Positions 17,232-27,330 are shown, numbered from the stretch's first letter. The stretch: DNA of 32,907 nt from Rhodospirillales bacterium (GCA_016187325.1 JACPJY010000157.1:1-32907), one strand, 5' to 3'. Numbers and translations: made by a program. The notes: generated by a model from the sequence alone, not told the origin.

Positions 17232-17860
17232 TGCGCGCCGCCGTGCAAAAGGTCGCAACCGCCGCCGCGCCGGGCGCGGCGTTGCCCGCCCGCGCGTTGT
17301 GGGTCGGCGGCATGGTGGCGCTGGTGCTGGCCCTGCCGCCGCTGATCTACGCGGTGCTGGCCTGGCGACAGGCCGGCTTCCTCAACGTCAGTGGGTTCAT
17401 CCCCTACGAGGAACTGATGGGCGCCATCGAATCCGGTGATCCCGAGCTGGTGCTGGCGGCGGCGCTGGTGTCGGTGAACATGACCAGCGGCGACATCCTT
17501 GCCAACATGTACCAGCTGACAGTCGAGCAGCTGTTGTTGTCGGCGGCGCTGGGGGCGGCGATCGGCCTCACCCTCGACGCCCAGGTCCGGCTCAGCAAGG
17601 CGTGCGCGCCGGGCGCCGTGGGTGGCTCGGCGGCGGCGGCCGGCTCCGGCCTCGCCGCCACGGTGGCGGCGTCGTCGACCGGCATCCTCGGCTGCTGCGG
17701 CTCGGGGCTGGCCGGCGGCGTGCTGGCGCTCGCCGGCATCACCGGCGCCACCGCCGCCCATATCGCCGAGTATTCGTATTTCGTGCAGTTGGCGCTGATT
17801 GGGGCGTTCGCGTTCGCCTATTTACGCTTCGCTCGTCGTCTGAAGGCACTCGCCGCCTGA
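17231..17860 (+). CDS. Hypothetical integral membrane protein (about 5 TM, GCCGSG motif)
   Basis: The ATG overlaps the nitrilase stop (TGATG). Third codon positions are strongly G/C in this frame. Hydrophobic segments include LWVGGMVALVLALPPLIYAVLAW and YFVQLALIGAFAFAYL. I recognise no family. Confidence 0.6.
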   Translation: MRAAVQKVATAAAPGAALPARALWVGGMVALVLALPPLIYAVLAWRQAGFLNVSGFIPYEELMGAIESGDPELVLAAALVSVNMTSGDILANMYQLTVEQLLLSAALGAAIGLTLDAQVRLSKACAPGAVGGSAAAAGSGLAATVAASSTGILGCCGSGLAGGVLALAGITGATAAHIAEYSYFVQLALIGAFAFAYLRFARRLKALAA

Positions 17861-17885
17861 CGACCCGTCGAAACAACCAAAAACC

Positions 17886-18650
17886 TCACCGTCCGAGCTG
17901 GGTGTATACGGCGTCGGCGAGTTTCAAAAGCTCTTCGCGCGTCATCTTGCCGGCGAGCGCGTAGCCGAGCGGCCCGTCGATCCAGTAGAAGATGGCGACG
18001 CCTTTCTCCTCGGCGTAGCGGAACGCGGTCTTTCCGCGCTGTGCCGGATCGGTGACCACGTAGAGCGTCAGACGACGGCCGCCCTTGTCCTCGTACATGA
18101 ACTGGGCCGCCGGCCCGTCGGTCGCCGACAGCAGCCGGCCGCCGACCAGCAAATACCCGGCATCGACCAGGCGCGGCGCCCTGAGCGGCGCGCCCAGCAC
18201 ATTCGACAGCCAAGTCACCAGGTGCGCTTCCTCGTCGCCGCGGACCTCGACCGGATGGCGCTTCTGCGGCGTGAATACGGCGTGCGCGACCGCGGCCTGG
18301 TGGACCACCGCGGTGCCGGGCGCGGCCGCCGGCGTGAACATCCCGCCGGCCTGCCAGCCGAGGACGCCGCCGGCGACCAGCAGTACTGCCGCCGCGGCGG
18401 CCCAACGCGCATGCAGCGTCCGGCGGCTGGCTGTCGGCAGCCCGAGTTGCCGCGGCAGGGGTTCCTTGAGGATCGGGTCGAATGCGGCCTTGAGCGCTGT
18501 CTTCTGCGTCCGATAGGCGGCGACGCGGGCGGCCGCCTCGGGATTTTCGGCAAGGTGCGCCGCCACCTCGCGCTGCCGGGCCTCATCGAGCTGGCCGTCG
18601 ACGAAGGCGTGCAGGTCCATTTCGCTCACGGGTTCGGAAGGTTTTGTCAT
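17886..18650 (-). CDS. Anti-sigma factor (single-pass membrane protein, Cys-less zf-HC2-like N-terminus)
   Basis: The ATG at 18650 (MTKPSEPVSEMDLHAFVDGQLDE...) overlaps the sigma gene stop as ATGA. One TM segment (WAAAAAVLLVAGGVLGW), followed by a periplasmic domain. Confidence 0.8.
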   Translation of the reverse strand: MTKPSEPVSEMDLHAFVDGQLDEARQREVAAHLAENPEAAARVAAYRTQKTALKAAFDPILKEPLPRQLGLPTASRRTLHARWAAAAAVLLVAGGVLGWQAGGMFTPAAAPGTAVVHQAAVAHAVFTPQKRHPVEVRGDEEAHLVTWLSNVLGAPLRAPRLVDAGYLLVGGRLLSATDGPAAQFMYEDKGGRRLTLYVVTDPAQRGKTAFRYAEEKGVAIFYWIDGPLGYALAGKMTREELLKLADAVYTQLGR

Positions 18651-19174
18651 CGCTTTCGTCCCTGTTGGCTGGTGCGGGTGTCGTTGCCGGGATTGTCGCC
18701 GGGATTCGCCATCAATTCCCGCAGCCGCTCGCGTCCGCGGTGGATCCGCGACATCAGTGTGCCGACGGGGATGTCGAGGACGGCGGCCGCATCCCCATAG
18801 CTCATCTCCTCGACCGAGATCAGCAGGATTGCGGCGCGTTGCGGTTCCGGCAGGCGGCCGAACGCCTGCCACAGGTCGCGGACGTTCAATTCGTCCTCCT
18901 GCGTCGGCCGCACCGGCAAGTCCGCCGCCGCGGCATCGAATGACCTCGGCTGGCTATTGTGCCGGCGGGCGGCGTTGATGTGCAGGTTGTGCAGGATGGT
19001 GAACAGCCAGGCGCGGATGTTGGTGCCGGCCCGCCACAAGTGCATCCGGCTCCACGCCCGCTCCAGGCAGTCCTGCACCAGATCATCGGCCTGCTCGCGA
19101 TCCCCCACCAACGCCCGCGCGTAGCGGCGCAAGTGGGGGATCTGATCGACGATCAACTGACGTACCTCCGGCAT
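18647..19174 (-). CDS. ECF (group IV) RNA polymerase sigma factor
   Basis: ATG at 19174 (MPEVRQLIV...). Region 2: DLVQDCLERAW and RAWLFTILHN. Region 4: SYGDAAAVLDIPVGTLMSRIHRGRERL. Confidence 0.9.
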   Translation of the reverse strand: MPEVRQLIVDQIPHLRRYARALVGDREQADDLVQDCLERAWSRMHLWRAGTNIRAWLFTILHNLHINAARRHNSQPRSFDAAAADLPVRPTQEDELNVRDLWQAFGRLPEPQRAAILLISVEEMSYGDAAAVLDIPVGTLMSRIHRGRERLRELMANPGDNPGNDTRTSQQGRKR

Positions 19175-19240
19175 CCGCCGAGCATAGCGCAAATTCGCCC
19201 CGCCCGGGGCGGCGCTTTGCCCGGCGATGCCGGCAAAGGG

Positions 19241-19480
19241 CTACTTGCCGATGAGCTTCAACGCCTGGGCCAGCTTTTCGACGGATTCTTTGTGCTTGCC
19301 GGCCTTGTGCAGTGCTTCGCCTTCGGCGCGCAGCGCCTTGACCTTGTCCTTCATGTCGCCGCCCTTGCCCGCGGCGAGCGCCGCGTCGATGGACTTCATG
19401 TCCTTCGGGCATTGAGAGGCGAACGCCGGCGTCGCCATGAGGGTGAGCACGGCAGCGGCGGTAAGAATACGCTTGATCAT
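19241..19480 (-). CDS. Small secreted Lys/Ala-rich protein (79 aa, Sec signal)
   Basis: Strong SD (AAGGAGA) before the ATG at 19480. Signal peptide MIKRILTAAAVLTLMATPAFA-SQ. The mature part of about 57 aa looks helical and has a single Cys. Confidence 0.75.
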   Translation of the reverse strand: MIKRILTAAAVLTLMATPAFASQCPKDMKSIDAALAAGKGGDMKDKVKALRAEGEALHKAGKHKESVEKLAQALKLIGK

Positions 19481-19544
19481 GGGTTTCTCCTTGGTTTCAG
19501 AACGGTGGCTGGTGACTTGGGGATGAATCTCCCCCCATTTCCAT

Positions 19545-19570
19545 AAACACCGCCAAGGCCGGATTATTCC
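19545..19570 (-). promoter_or_regulatory. Candidate ECF-type promoter (GGAATA-N16-GTTT) upstream of the small secreted protein gene
   Basis: On the minus strand, GGAATA (19570-19565) is followed after 16 nt by GTTT (19548-19545). TGGGGAATA is directly repeated (19565-19573 and 19577-19585 on the + strand, as TATTCCCCA). Confidence 0.35.
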
Positions 19571-19585
19571 CCAGGCTATTCCCCA

Positions 19586-20728
19586 TCAGCGCTCGTCGAT
19601 CGGCACGTATTTCCTGGGTTCCGGTCCGGTGTACTTGAGGAGCGGTCGGATCAGGATGTTGTTCTGCATCTGCTCGAGGGCCTGCACCGTCCATCCCGGT
19701 ACCCGGCCGACGGCGAAGATCGGCACGAACAGGTCGCTCGGGATGCCGTGCAGGTAATAGATGACGCCGGAATAGAAATCGACGTTGACGTTGACGCCGT
19801 GCCGCGCATAGGGCGCCATCGCCGTCACCACTGCCTGCAGAATCTCGTACCACTGCGGCTCGCCCATTTCCTTCGACAGCCGCTCGACGCCGTCGCGCAT
19901 GTGCCGGGCCCGCGGATCCTCGGCGCGGTAGACCCGGTGCCCGAAGCCGGTCACCGGCTGGCGGTTTTTGCGCTTCGCCGCCACGTAGTCGGCGGCCTTC
20001 GCCGCCTCGCCGATCTCCTTCGCCATCCTCATCACGTCCTCGGCGGCGCCGCCGTGCGCCGGGCCGGACAGCGCCGCGATGGCGGCGGTGACGGCGGCAT
20101 GCAGGGGTGCCTCGGTGCTGATGACGACGCGGGCGGTGAACGACGATGCGTTGGAGCCGTGCTCGGCGTGCAGCACGAAATCGGTGTCCATCAGCTTCGC
20201 CGCGTCGGCCGACGGCTTCTCGCCCTTCAGCATCCACAGGAAATTGGCGGCGTGGCCCAATCGCGCGTCCGACTTGGCCGGCTTCCTGCCGTTGCGGATG
20301 TGGTGATGGGCGGTGACGATCATCGGCACTTGCGACGTCAGCCGGATGCCCTTGCGGAGCGTCGCCTCGGGCGATTTGTCCTCGGCGTCCGGATCGAAGG
20401 CGGCAAGCGCCGACACCGCGGTTCTGAGCGCGTCCATCGGGTGCGCCGCCTTCACCGTCTCGATCAGGCCATAGATGGGGTCGGGCAGGCGGCGTGCGGC
20501 CTTCAGCTCGGCATCGAAGGCGGCGAGCTCGGCGCGGGTCGGCAGCGCGCCCTTGAGCAGCAAATACGACGTCTCCTCGAACGTCGAATGCTTGGCGAGG
20601 TCGTGGATCGAGTAGCCGCGATATCTGAGCTCGCCGGCGCGGCCGTCGATGAAGGTGGTCGGCGAGCGCTCGAAATAGACGCCCTTCAGTCCGCGGTGAA
20701 TCTTGTCCTCGGCCTCGTCGTCGCTCAT
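19586..20728 (-). CDS. Citrate synthase / 2-methylcitrate synthase family (about 380 aa type)
   Basis: ATG at 20728 ([17 protein letters not shown]...). The track extension to 21061 overlaps pta. Motifs: [32 protein letters not shown]. Confidence 0.88.
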   Translation of the reverse strand: MSDDEAEDKIHRGLKGVYFERSPTTFIDGRAGELRYRGYSIHDLAKHSTFEETSYLLLKGALPTRAELAAFDAELKAARRLPDPIYGLIETVKAAHPMDALRTAVSALAAFDPDAEDKSPEATLRKGIRLTSQVPMIVTAHHHIRNGRKPAKSDARLGHAANFLWMLKGEKPSADAAKLMDTDFVLHAEHGSNASSFTARVVISTEAPLHAAVTAAIAALSGPAHGGAAEDVMRMAKEIGEAAKAADYVAAKRKNRQPVTGFGHRVYRAEDPRARHMRDGVERLSKEMGEPQWYEILQAVVTAMAPYARHGVNVNVDFYSGVIYYLHGIPSDLFVPIFAVGRVPGWTVQALEQMQNNILIRPLLKYTGPEPRKYVPIDER

Positions 20729-20780
20729 CGCTGTCCCCGTTTGCGGATCACCGCCGTCATCGTGCCCAAGCGGGCCGACG

Positions 20781-20809
20781 TTTACAAGCGCCAGGGGCGG
20801 TTCTAGGGT
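20781..20809 (+). promoter_or_regulatory. Candidate sigma-70 promoter for pta (TTTACA-N17-TAGGGT)
   Basis: TTTACA at 20781-20786 and TAGGGT at 20804-20809, with a 17-nt spacer, about 47 nt upstream of the ATG at 20856. Confidence 0.3.
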
Positions 20810-20855
20810 GGCTGCCGTCGGGCCCAGGGAAGTGGACGCGGACGTAGACGCGCAC

Positions 20856-21842
20856 ATGGACGTAATCCAGACTTTCATCGCCGCGGCGAAGAGGAAACCG
20901 CGCACGGTGGCGCTGCCGGAAGGCGCCGAGCCGCGCATCCTCGCCGCCGCGCGCCGGCTGGCCGAAGAACGTATCGCCCGGCCGTTGCTGATCGGCCCCG
21001 CCGACGCGATCAAGGCGGCAGCCAAGACGGCCGGAGTCGATCTCGCCGGCATCGCCACCATCGACCCGGGCGCCAGCGGCGAGCTTGACCGTTTCGCCGC
21101 CGCCTACGCCAAGGCCCGCGGCACCGTCGAGCCGAAGATCGCCCGCCGCCTGGTCAGGAAGCCGCTCTACTTCGCCGGCATGATGGTCAGGGAAGGCGAC
21201 GCCGACGCGGTCGTCGGCGGCGCCGACAACCCGACGCGGCGGGTGATCGAGGCCGGGCTGCTGACCGTCGGCCTGGCGCCCGGCATCAAGACGCCGTCGA
21301 GCCTGTTCCTGATGACGGCGCCGGACTTCTTGGGGCAGGGCCCGCGCACCTTCGTGTTCGCCGACTGCGCCGTCAACGTCGAGCCGGACGCCGAGGCGCT
21401 GGCCGACATCGCGCTGGCGTCCGCCGCTAGCGCGGAAAAGCTGCTCCGCGAGCAGCCGCGGGTGGCGATGCTGTCGTTCTCAACCCACGGCAGCGCCCGC
21501 CACAAGCGGATCGACAAGGTGATCGAGGCCCTCGCCATCGCCCGCAAGCGCGCGCCGGATTTGAAGATCGACGGCGAACTGCAGGCCGACGCCGCCCTGG
21601 TGCCGGCGGTCGCGGCGAAGAAGCTCAAAGGCGACAGCGCCGTCGCCGGGCGCGCCAACGTGCTGGTGTTCCCCGACCTCGATTCCGGCAACATCGGCTA
21701 CAAGCTGGCGCAGTATTTGGGCGGCGCCCAGGCGGTGGGGCCGATCCTGCAGGGGTTCGCCAAGCCGGTGGCCGACCTGTCGCGCGGCGCCAGCCCCGAC
21801 GACATCGTCGCCACCTGCGCGGTCACCCTGGCGCTGGCTTGA
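20856..21842 (+). CDS. pta: Phosphate acetyltransferase (short PTA_PTB form)
   Basis: ATG at 20856 ([29 protein letters not shown]). Later motifs: [36 protein letters not shown]. Confidence 0.88.
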   Translation: MDVIQTFIAAAKRKPRTVALPEGAEPRILAAARRLAEERIARPLLIGPADAIKAAAKTAGVDLAGIATIDPGASGELDRFAAAYAKARGTVEPKIARRLVRKPLYFAGMMVREGDADAVVGGADNPTRRVIEAGLLTVGLAPGIKTPSSLFLMTAPDFLGQGPRTFVFADCAVNVEPDAEALADIALASAASAEKLLREQPRVAMLSFSTHGSARHKRIDKVIEALAIARKRAPDLKIDGELQADAALVPAVAAKKLKGDSAVAGRANVLVFPDLDSGNIGYKLAQYLGGAQAVGPILQGFAKPVADLSRGASPDDIVATCAVTLALA

Positions 21843-21884
21843 GTCGAATTCGATGGCGCCATTAAAATATCCGTTGTTCTTTAC

Positions 21885-22328
21885 TCATATGATTTGATAA
21901 ACTATAATTCCAGTAATTCTTCCGACTTTATTGTTACTAAGCTCTATCGTTATTGTAGCTTCATCACCGAACCACAGCTTTTGCACACCTCGTCGCATGT
22001 CAAAAACGCCGGCATACGCCTCATCATACTTTGCCGAGTCAAAGGCCTTTTTATCCGTTGCTGGATATATTTTGAAGCCGTTATCTCTCATGACGTTTAG
22101 AGCGGTGGCTTTATCCGTTCCAATTTTTATGTGGCGTTCAACAACTCTTGTAACGTCAATTATCGCGCGGTCTCTTTCTTTCCGTGCCGCTCTCAAATCG
22201 TCGACAAGAGTATTTGGCCCTCCGGTGTCAGAGCACGAAACAGCAGCCAGAAACATCGCAATAACAAAACATCGAGAAAAACTCAGATGTTTTCTAGGCA
22301 AACTGGTGCGCTTGCCAACAAATATCAT
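21885..22328 (-). CDS. Hypothetical lipoprotein encoded in a low-GC island
   Basis: ATG at 22328, 9 nt after the xsc stop. MIFVGKRTSLPRKHLSFSRCFVIAMFLAAVSC has a charged n-region, a hydrophobic core and a lipobox-like AVSC. By hand count the DNA is about 45% GC across 21901-22320, against about 65% in the flanks. Confidence 0.65.
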   Translation of the reverse strand: MIFVGKRTSLPRKHLSFSRCFVIAMFLAAVSCSDTGGPNTLVDDLRAARKERDRAIIDVTRVVERHIKIGTDKATALNVMRDNGFKIYPATDKKAFDSAKYDEAYAGVFDMRRGVQKLWFGDEATITIELSNNKVGRITGIIVYQII

Positions 22329-22339
22329 CAGTTGCCGAA

Positions 22340-24115
22340 TCAAACGGGCTGTTGCGGCCTCATGTCGCGGCGGTCGATTCCGGCGACCTTGACCGGCGCC
22401 TTCATCGCATCGCGCCGGAACGGCTCGCCGAGCTCCTGATTGAGGATCACCTCGATGAACGTCGTCACGCCCTTGGCTTGCGCGGCGCAGGCCTCCTTCA
22501 GGGCCGTCGTGAGCTCGGCCTGGGTCCTGACGACGACTCCCTTCAGCCCGCAGCCCTCGGCGACCTTGGCGAAGCTCAAATCCGGATTCAACTCGGTGCC
22601 GACGAAGTTGTTGTCGTACCAGAGGATGGTATTGCGCTTTTCCGCGCCCCACTGGTAGTTGCGGAAGATGACCATGGTGATGGCCGGCCATTCCTTGCGG
22701 CCGCACGAGGTCATTTCATTCATGCTGATGCCGAAGGCGCCGTCGCCGGCGAAGCCGACCACCGGCACGTCCGGACAGCCGATCTTGGCGCCGAGAATGG
22801 ACGGGAATCCGTATCCGCAAGGCCCGAACAGGCCCGGGGCGAGGTATTTCCGGCCCTTGTCGAAGGTCGGATAGGCGTTGCCGATGGCGCAATTGTTGCC
22901 GATGTCGGTGGAAATGATCGCGTCTTTCGGCAGCCCGGCTTGAATCGCGCACCACGCCTGCCGCACCGACATCCGGTCCGGCTCCCGCTTGCGCGAATCC
23001 GCGTTCCAGGTGGTGCCGGGATCGTCGTCCTCGTGGTCGAGGCTGCTCAACGTCTGCAGCCACGCCGACTTGGTCTGGTGGATCAGCGCCTTGCGTTCCT
23101 CGCGGCCCTTGTCGCCGGCCGTCGGCGCGAGCTGCGCCAATATTTGCCGTGCCACCAATTTGGCGTCGCCGCAGATTCCGACCGATACCTTCTTCGTCAA
23201 ACCGATGCGGTCGGCATTGATGTCGACCTGAATGATCTCGGCCTTCGTCGGCCAATAATCAATGCCGTAGCCCGGCAGGGTCGAAAACGGATTGAGCCGG
23301 GTGCCGAGCGCGAGGACGACGTCGGCCTTGGCGATCAACTGCATCGCCGCCTTGGAGCCGTTGTAGCCCAACGGCCCGACCGCCAGCCGATGCGAGCCCG
23401 GGAAACTGTCGTTGTGCTGGTAGCCGCAGCAAACCGGTGCATCCAGACGCTCGGCGAGGGCGACGCAGTCGGCAATGGCGCCGCCGATGACGACGCCCGC
23501 GCCGGACAGAATCACCGGGAACTTGGCCCCGGACAGGAGCTTGGCCGCCCGGGCGATGGCCTCGGCCCCGCCGGCGGGCCGTTCGATGCGAACGACCTGG
23601 GGAAGCTCGACGTCGATCACCTGCGTCCACAAGTCGCGCGGCACGTTTATCTGCGCCGGCGCCGAACCGCGGATCGCCTTCTCGATGACGCGATTGAGCA
23701 CCTCGGGAACCCGGCTGGCGTCACGCACTTCCTCCTGGTAGCAGACCATGTCCCTGAACAGGGCCATCTGCTCGACCTCTTGAAATCCGCCTTGGCCGAT
23801 CGTCTTGTTGGCGGCCTGCGGCGTGACCAGCAGCATCGGCGTGTGGTTCCAGTACGCCGTTTTGACCGGCGTCACGAAATTGGTAACGCCCGGCCCGTTC
23901 TGGGCGATGATCATCCCGATCTTTCCGGTCGCGCGCGTGTAGCCGTCACACGCCATCCCGGCGTTGCACTCGTGGGCGCAGTCCCAGAACGTGATGCCGG
24001 CTTTCGGGAAGAGATCCGAGACGGGCATCATCGCCGAACCGATGATCCCGAATGCATGCTCGATGCCATGCATTTGCAAGACCTTCACGAAGGCTTCCTC
24101 GGTTGTCATTTTCAT
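22340..24115 (-). CDS. xsc: Sulfoacetaldehyde acetyltransferase (ThDP-dependent)
   Basis: The ATG at 24115 follows AGGGAA. The N-terminus MKMTTEEAFVKVLQMHGIEHAFGIIGSAMMPVSDLFPKAGITFWDCAHE matches Xsc as I recall it. ThDP motif: GDGAFGISMNEMTSCGRKEWPAITMVIFRN. At 591 aa the length is typical for Xsc. Confidence 0.82.
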   Translation of the reverse strand: MKMTTEEAFVKVLQMHGIEHAFGIIGSAMMPVSDLFPKAGITFWDCAHECNAGMACDGYTRATGKIGMIIAQNGPGVTNFVTPVKTAYWNHTPMLLVTPQAANKTIGQGGFQEVEQMALFRDMVCYQEEVRDASRVPEVLNRVIEKAIRGSAPAQINVPRDLWTQVIDVELPQVVRIERPAGGAEAIARAAKLLSGAKFPVILSGAGVVIGGAIADCVALAERLDAPVCCGYQHNDSFPGSHRLAVGPLGYNGSKAAMQLIAKADVVLALGTRLNPFSTLPGYGIDYWPTKAEIIQVDINADRIGLTKKVSVGICGDAKLVARQILAQLAPTAGDKGREERKALIHQTKSAWLQTLSSLDHEDDDPGTTWNADSRKREPDRMSVRQAWCAIQAGLPKDAIISTDIGNNCAIGNAYPTFDKGRKYLAPGLFGPCGYGFPSILGAKIGCPDVPVVGFAGDGAFGISMNEMTSCGRKEWPAITMVIFRNYQWGAEKRNTILWYDNNFVGTELNPDLSFAKVAEGCGLKGVVVRTQAELTTALKEACAAQAKGVTTFIEVILNQELGEPFRRDAMKAPVKVAGIDRRDMRPQQPV

Positions 24116-24211
24116 GATTGTGTTCCCTGCATTTCCCGGTCCGGCCGGGGACGGTCGTCGGTTGACTACTGTTTTAAACGCCGGACCGTCACGCGGCAAT
24201 GGCTTCGCCGG

Positions 24212-24239
24212 TTGCAACGCCGGCCGCGCCTGTCATAAT
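24212..24239 (+). promoter_or_regulatory. Candidate sigma-70 promoter for the aminotransferase-mmsA unit (TTGCAA-N16-CATAAT)
   Basis: TTGCAA at 24212-24217 and CATAAT at 24234-24239, with a 16-nt spacer, about 47 nt upstream of the ATG at 24286. Confidence 0.4.
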
Positions 24240-24285
24240 CGGCCGACAATCGCCGATCAAAACGCCACCCGCCGGGAGGAATTCC

Positions 24286-25599
24286 ATGCACTACACCGCC
24301 AACACGCTCGAAAGCCATTGGATGCCGTTCACCAATAACCGCGACTTCAAGGCCAATCCGCGGCTCCTGGTCAAGGGCGACGGCATGTACTACTGGGACC
24401 ACAAGGGCGGCAAGATTCTCGATGGCTCGTCGGCGCTGTTCTGCTCGGCCGCCGGTCACTGCCGGCCGGAAATAGCCGAGGCCGTATACAAACAGTTGAA
24501 GGAGAACGACTACGCGCCGCCGTTCCAGCTCGGCCACCCGGCGTCCTTCGAACTCGCGCAGAAGGTGATCAGGCTTACTCCCGACGGCCTCGACCACGTC
24601 TTCTTCGCCAACTCCGGCTCCGAGGCCGTCGACACGGCGCTGAAGATCGCCATGGCCTATTTCCGCGCCAAGGGCGAGGGCCAGCGCACCCGGTTCGTGT
24701 CGCGCGAGCGCGCCTACCACGGCGTCAACATCGGCGGCACCAGCTTGAGCGGCATGGTCAAGAACCGCGAGGTGTTCTCCGGCATCATGCCGGGCGTAGT
24801 GCTGATGCGCCACACTTGGTTGGAGGAGAACCGCTTCACCAAGGGCCAGCCCGAGCACGGCGCCTATCTCGCCGACGACCTCGAGCGCTTTGCCCAGACT
24901 TACGGACCGGCGACCATCGCCGCCTGCTTCGTCGAACCGATCGCTGGTTCCACCGGCTGCCTGCCGCCGCCGAAGGGGTATCTCGAACGTCTGCGCGCGA
25001 TCTGCGACAAACACGGCATCCTGCTGGTGTTCGACGAGGTGATCTGCGGCTTCGGGCGCACCGGCAAGCCGTTCGCGGCACAGGCGTTCGGCGTCACCCC
25101 CGACATGATCACCATGGCCAAGGCGCTGACCAACGGCGCGGTGCCGATGGCCGCCGTCGCCGTCAAGGACGACATCTACTCGACTGTCGTCAACGCCGCG
25201 CCGGAAGGCGCCATCGAGCTATTCCACGGCTACACCTACTCCGCGCACCCGGTAGCGTGCGCGGCCGGGTTGGCGGCCCTCGCCATCTACGAGAAGGAGG
25301 GTGTGTTCGAGAACGCCGCCAAACTCGCGCCCTATTTCCTGGACAAGGTGTTCTCGCTGCGTGACCTCGACATCGTCACCGACATCCGCGGCTACGGGCT
25401 GCTCGCCGGCGTCGACATCAAGCCGGGCAAGGCTCCAGGCGCCCGCGGCACGCAAATCCAAAAGGACCTGTTCTGGAAGGGCCTGCACGTCAAGTTCACC
25501 GGCGATACCGGCATCATCGCGCCGCCGCTGATCGCCAAGCGCGAGCACGTCGACGAGATCGTCAGGATCATGCGCGAAACTTTGAGCGCCATAAAATAA
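24286..25599 (+). CDS. Class III omega-amino acid:pyruvate aminotransferase (beta-alanine/taurine:pyruvate transaminase type)
   Basis: The ATG at 24286 follows GGGAGGA. HWMPFTNNRDF, FANSGSEAVDTALK, LVFDEVICGFGRTG and HGYTYSAHPVACAAGLAAL closely follow the beta-alanine-pyruvate transaminase pattern. Confidence 0.85.
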   Translation: MHYTANTLESHWMPFTNNRDFKANPRLLVKGDGMYYWDHKGGKILDGSSALFCSAAGHCRPEIAEAVYKQLKENDYAPPFQLGHPASFELAQKVIRLTPDGLDHVFFANSGSEAVDTALKIAMAYFRAKGEGQRTRFVSRERAYHGVNIGGTSLSGMVKNREVFSGIMPGVVLMRHTWLEENRFTKGQPEHGAYLADDLERFAQTYGPATIAACFVEPIAGSTGCLPPPKGYLERLRAICDKHGILLVFDEVICGFGRTGKPFAAQAFGVTPDMITMAKALTNGAVPMAAVAVKDDIYSTVVNAAPEGAIELFHGYTYSAHPVACAAGLAALAIYEKEGVFENAAKLAPYFLDKVFSLRDLDIVTDIRGYGLLAGVDIKPGKAPGARGTQIQKDLFWKGLHVKFTGDTGIIAPPLIAKREHVDEIVRIMRETLSAIK

Positions 25600-25626
25600 C
25601 GGCCTGCAGCGACGAGCGGAGAGGGA

Positions 25627-27135
<1,509 letters not shown>

Positions 27136-27153
27136 GGCTGGAATCAGAAATGC

Positions 27154-27290
27154 GCAGCACACCCCCCACCCGCTCGCTGCCGCTCGCGGCCTCCCCCGCA
27201 AGGGGGGAGCCCAATCACTACTACGGCACGCAGAATCGCCTCCCCCTCGACGGGGGAGGTCGGCGCGCAGCGCCGGGTGGGGGTGACTCG
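27154..27290. repeat. Nested palindromic extragenic element (REP/BIME-like): an outer stem enclosing two C-run/G-run hairpins
   Basis: Outer arms: CACCCCCCACCCG (27158-27172) and CGGGTGGGGGTG (27274-27285), with a one-base bulge. Inner hairpin A: CTCCCCC (27191-27197) pairs with GGGGGAG (27203-27209). Inner hairpin B: CCTCCCCC (27239-27246) pairs with GGGGGAGG (27252-27259). Confidence 0.6.
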
Positions 27291-27330
27291 CGTATTCGCG
27301 AATGCGGGTACTAAGGCGGGGAATCGTCCC

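Noticed and set aside
17072-17761. 229-aa minus-strand ORF
   Set aside because: Arg/Gly-rich shadow antisense to the nitrilase 3' end and the coupled membrane-protein gene.
20729-21061. N-terminal extension of the citrate synthase ORF (track start 21061)
   Set aside because: It would overlap the pta coding region on the other strand. Similarity to citrate synthases starts near [17 protein letters not shown] (20728).
21843-22339. Mobile-element interpretation of the low-GC island
   Set aside because: No transposase or integrase, no terminal inverted repeats, no flanking direct repeats longer than 5 nt, and no adjacent tRNA. I report it only as compositionally foreign DNA, not as a defined mobile element.
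22352-24238. 628-aa ORF on the plus strand
   Set aside because: Antisense to xsc, which has the ThDP motif and a characteristic N-terminus. The product is Arg/Gly/Asp-rich with no domain pattern.
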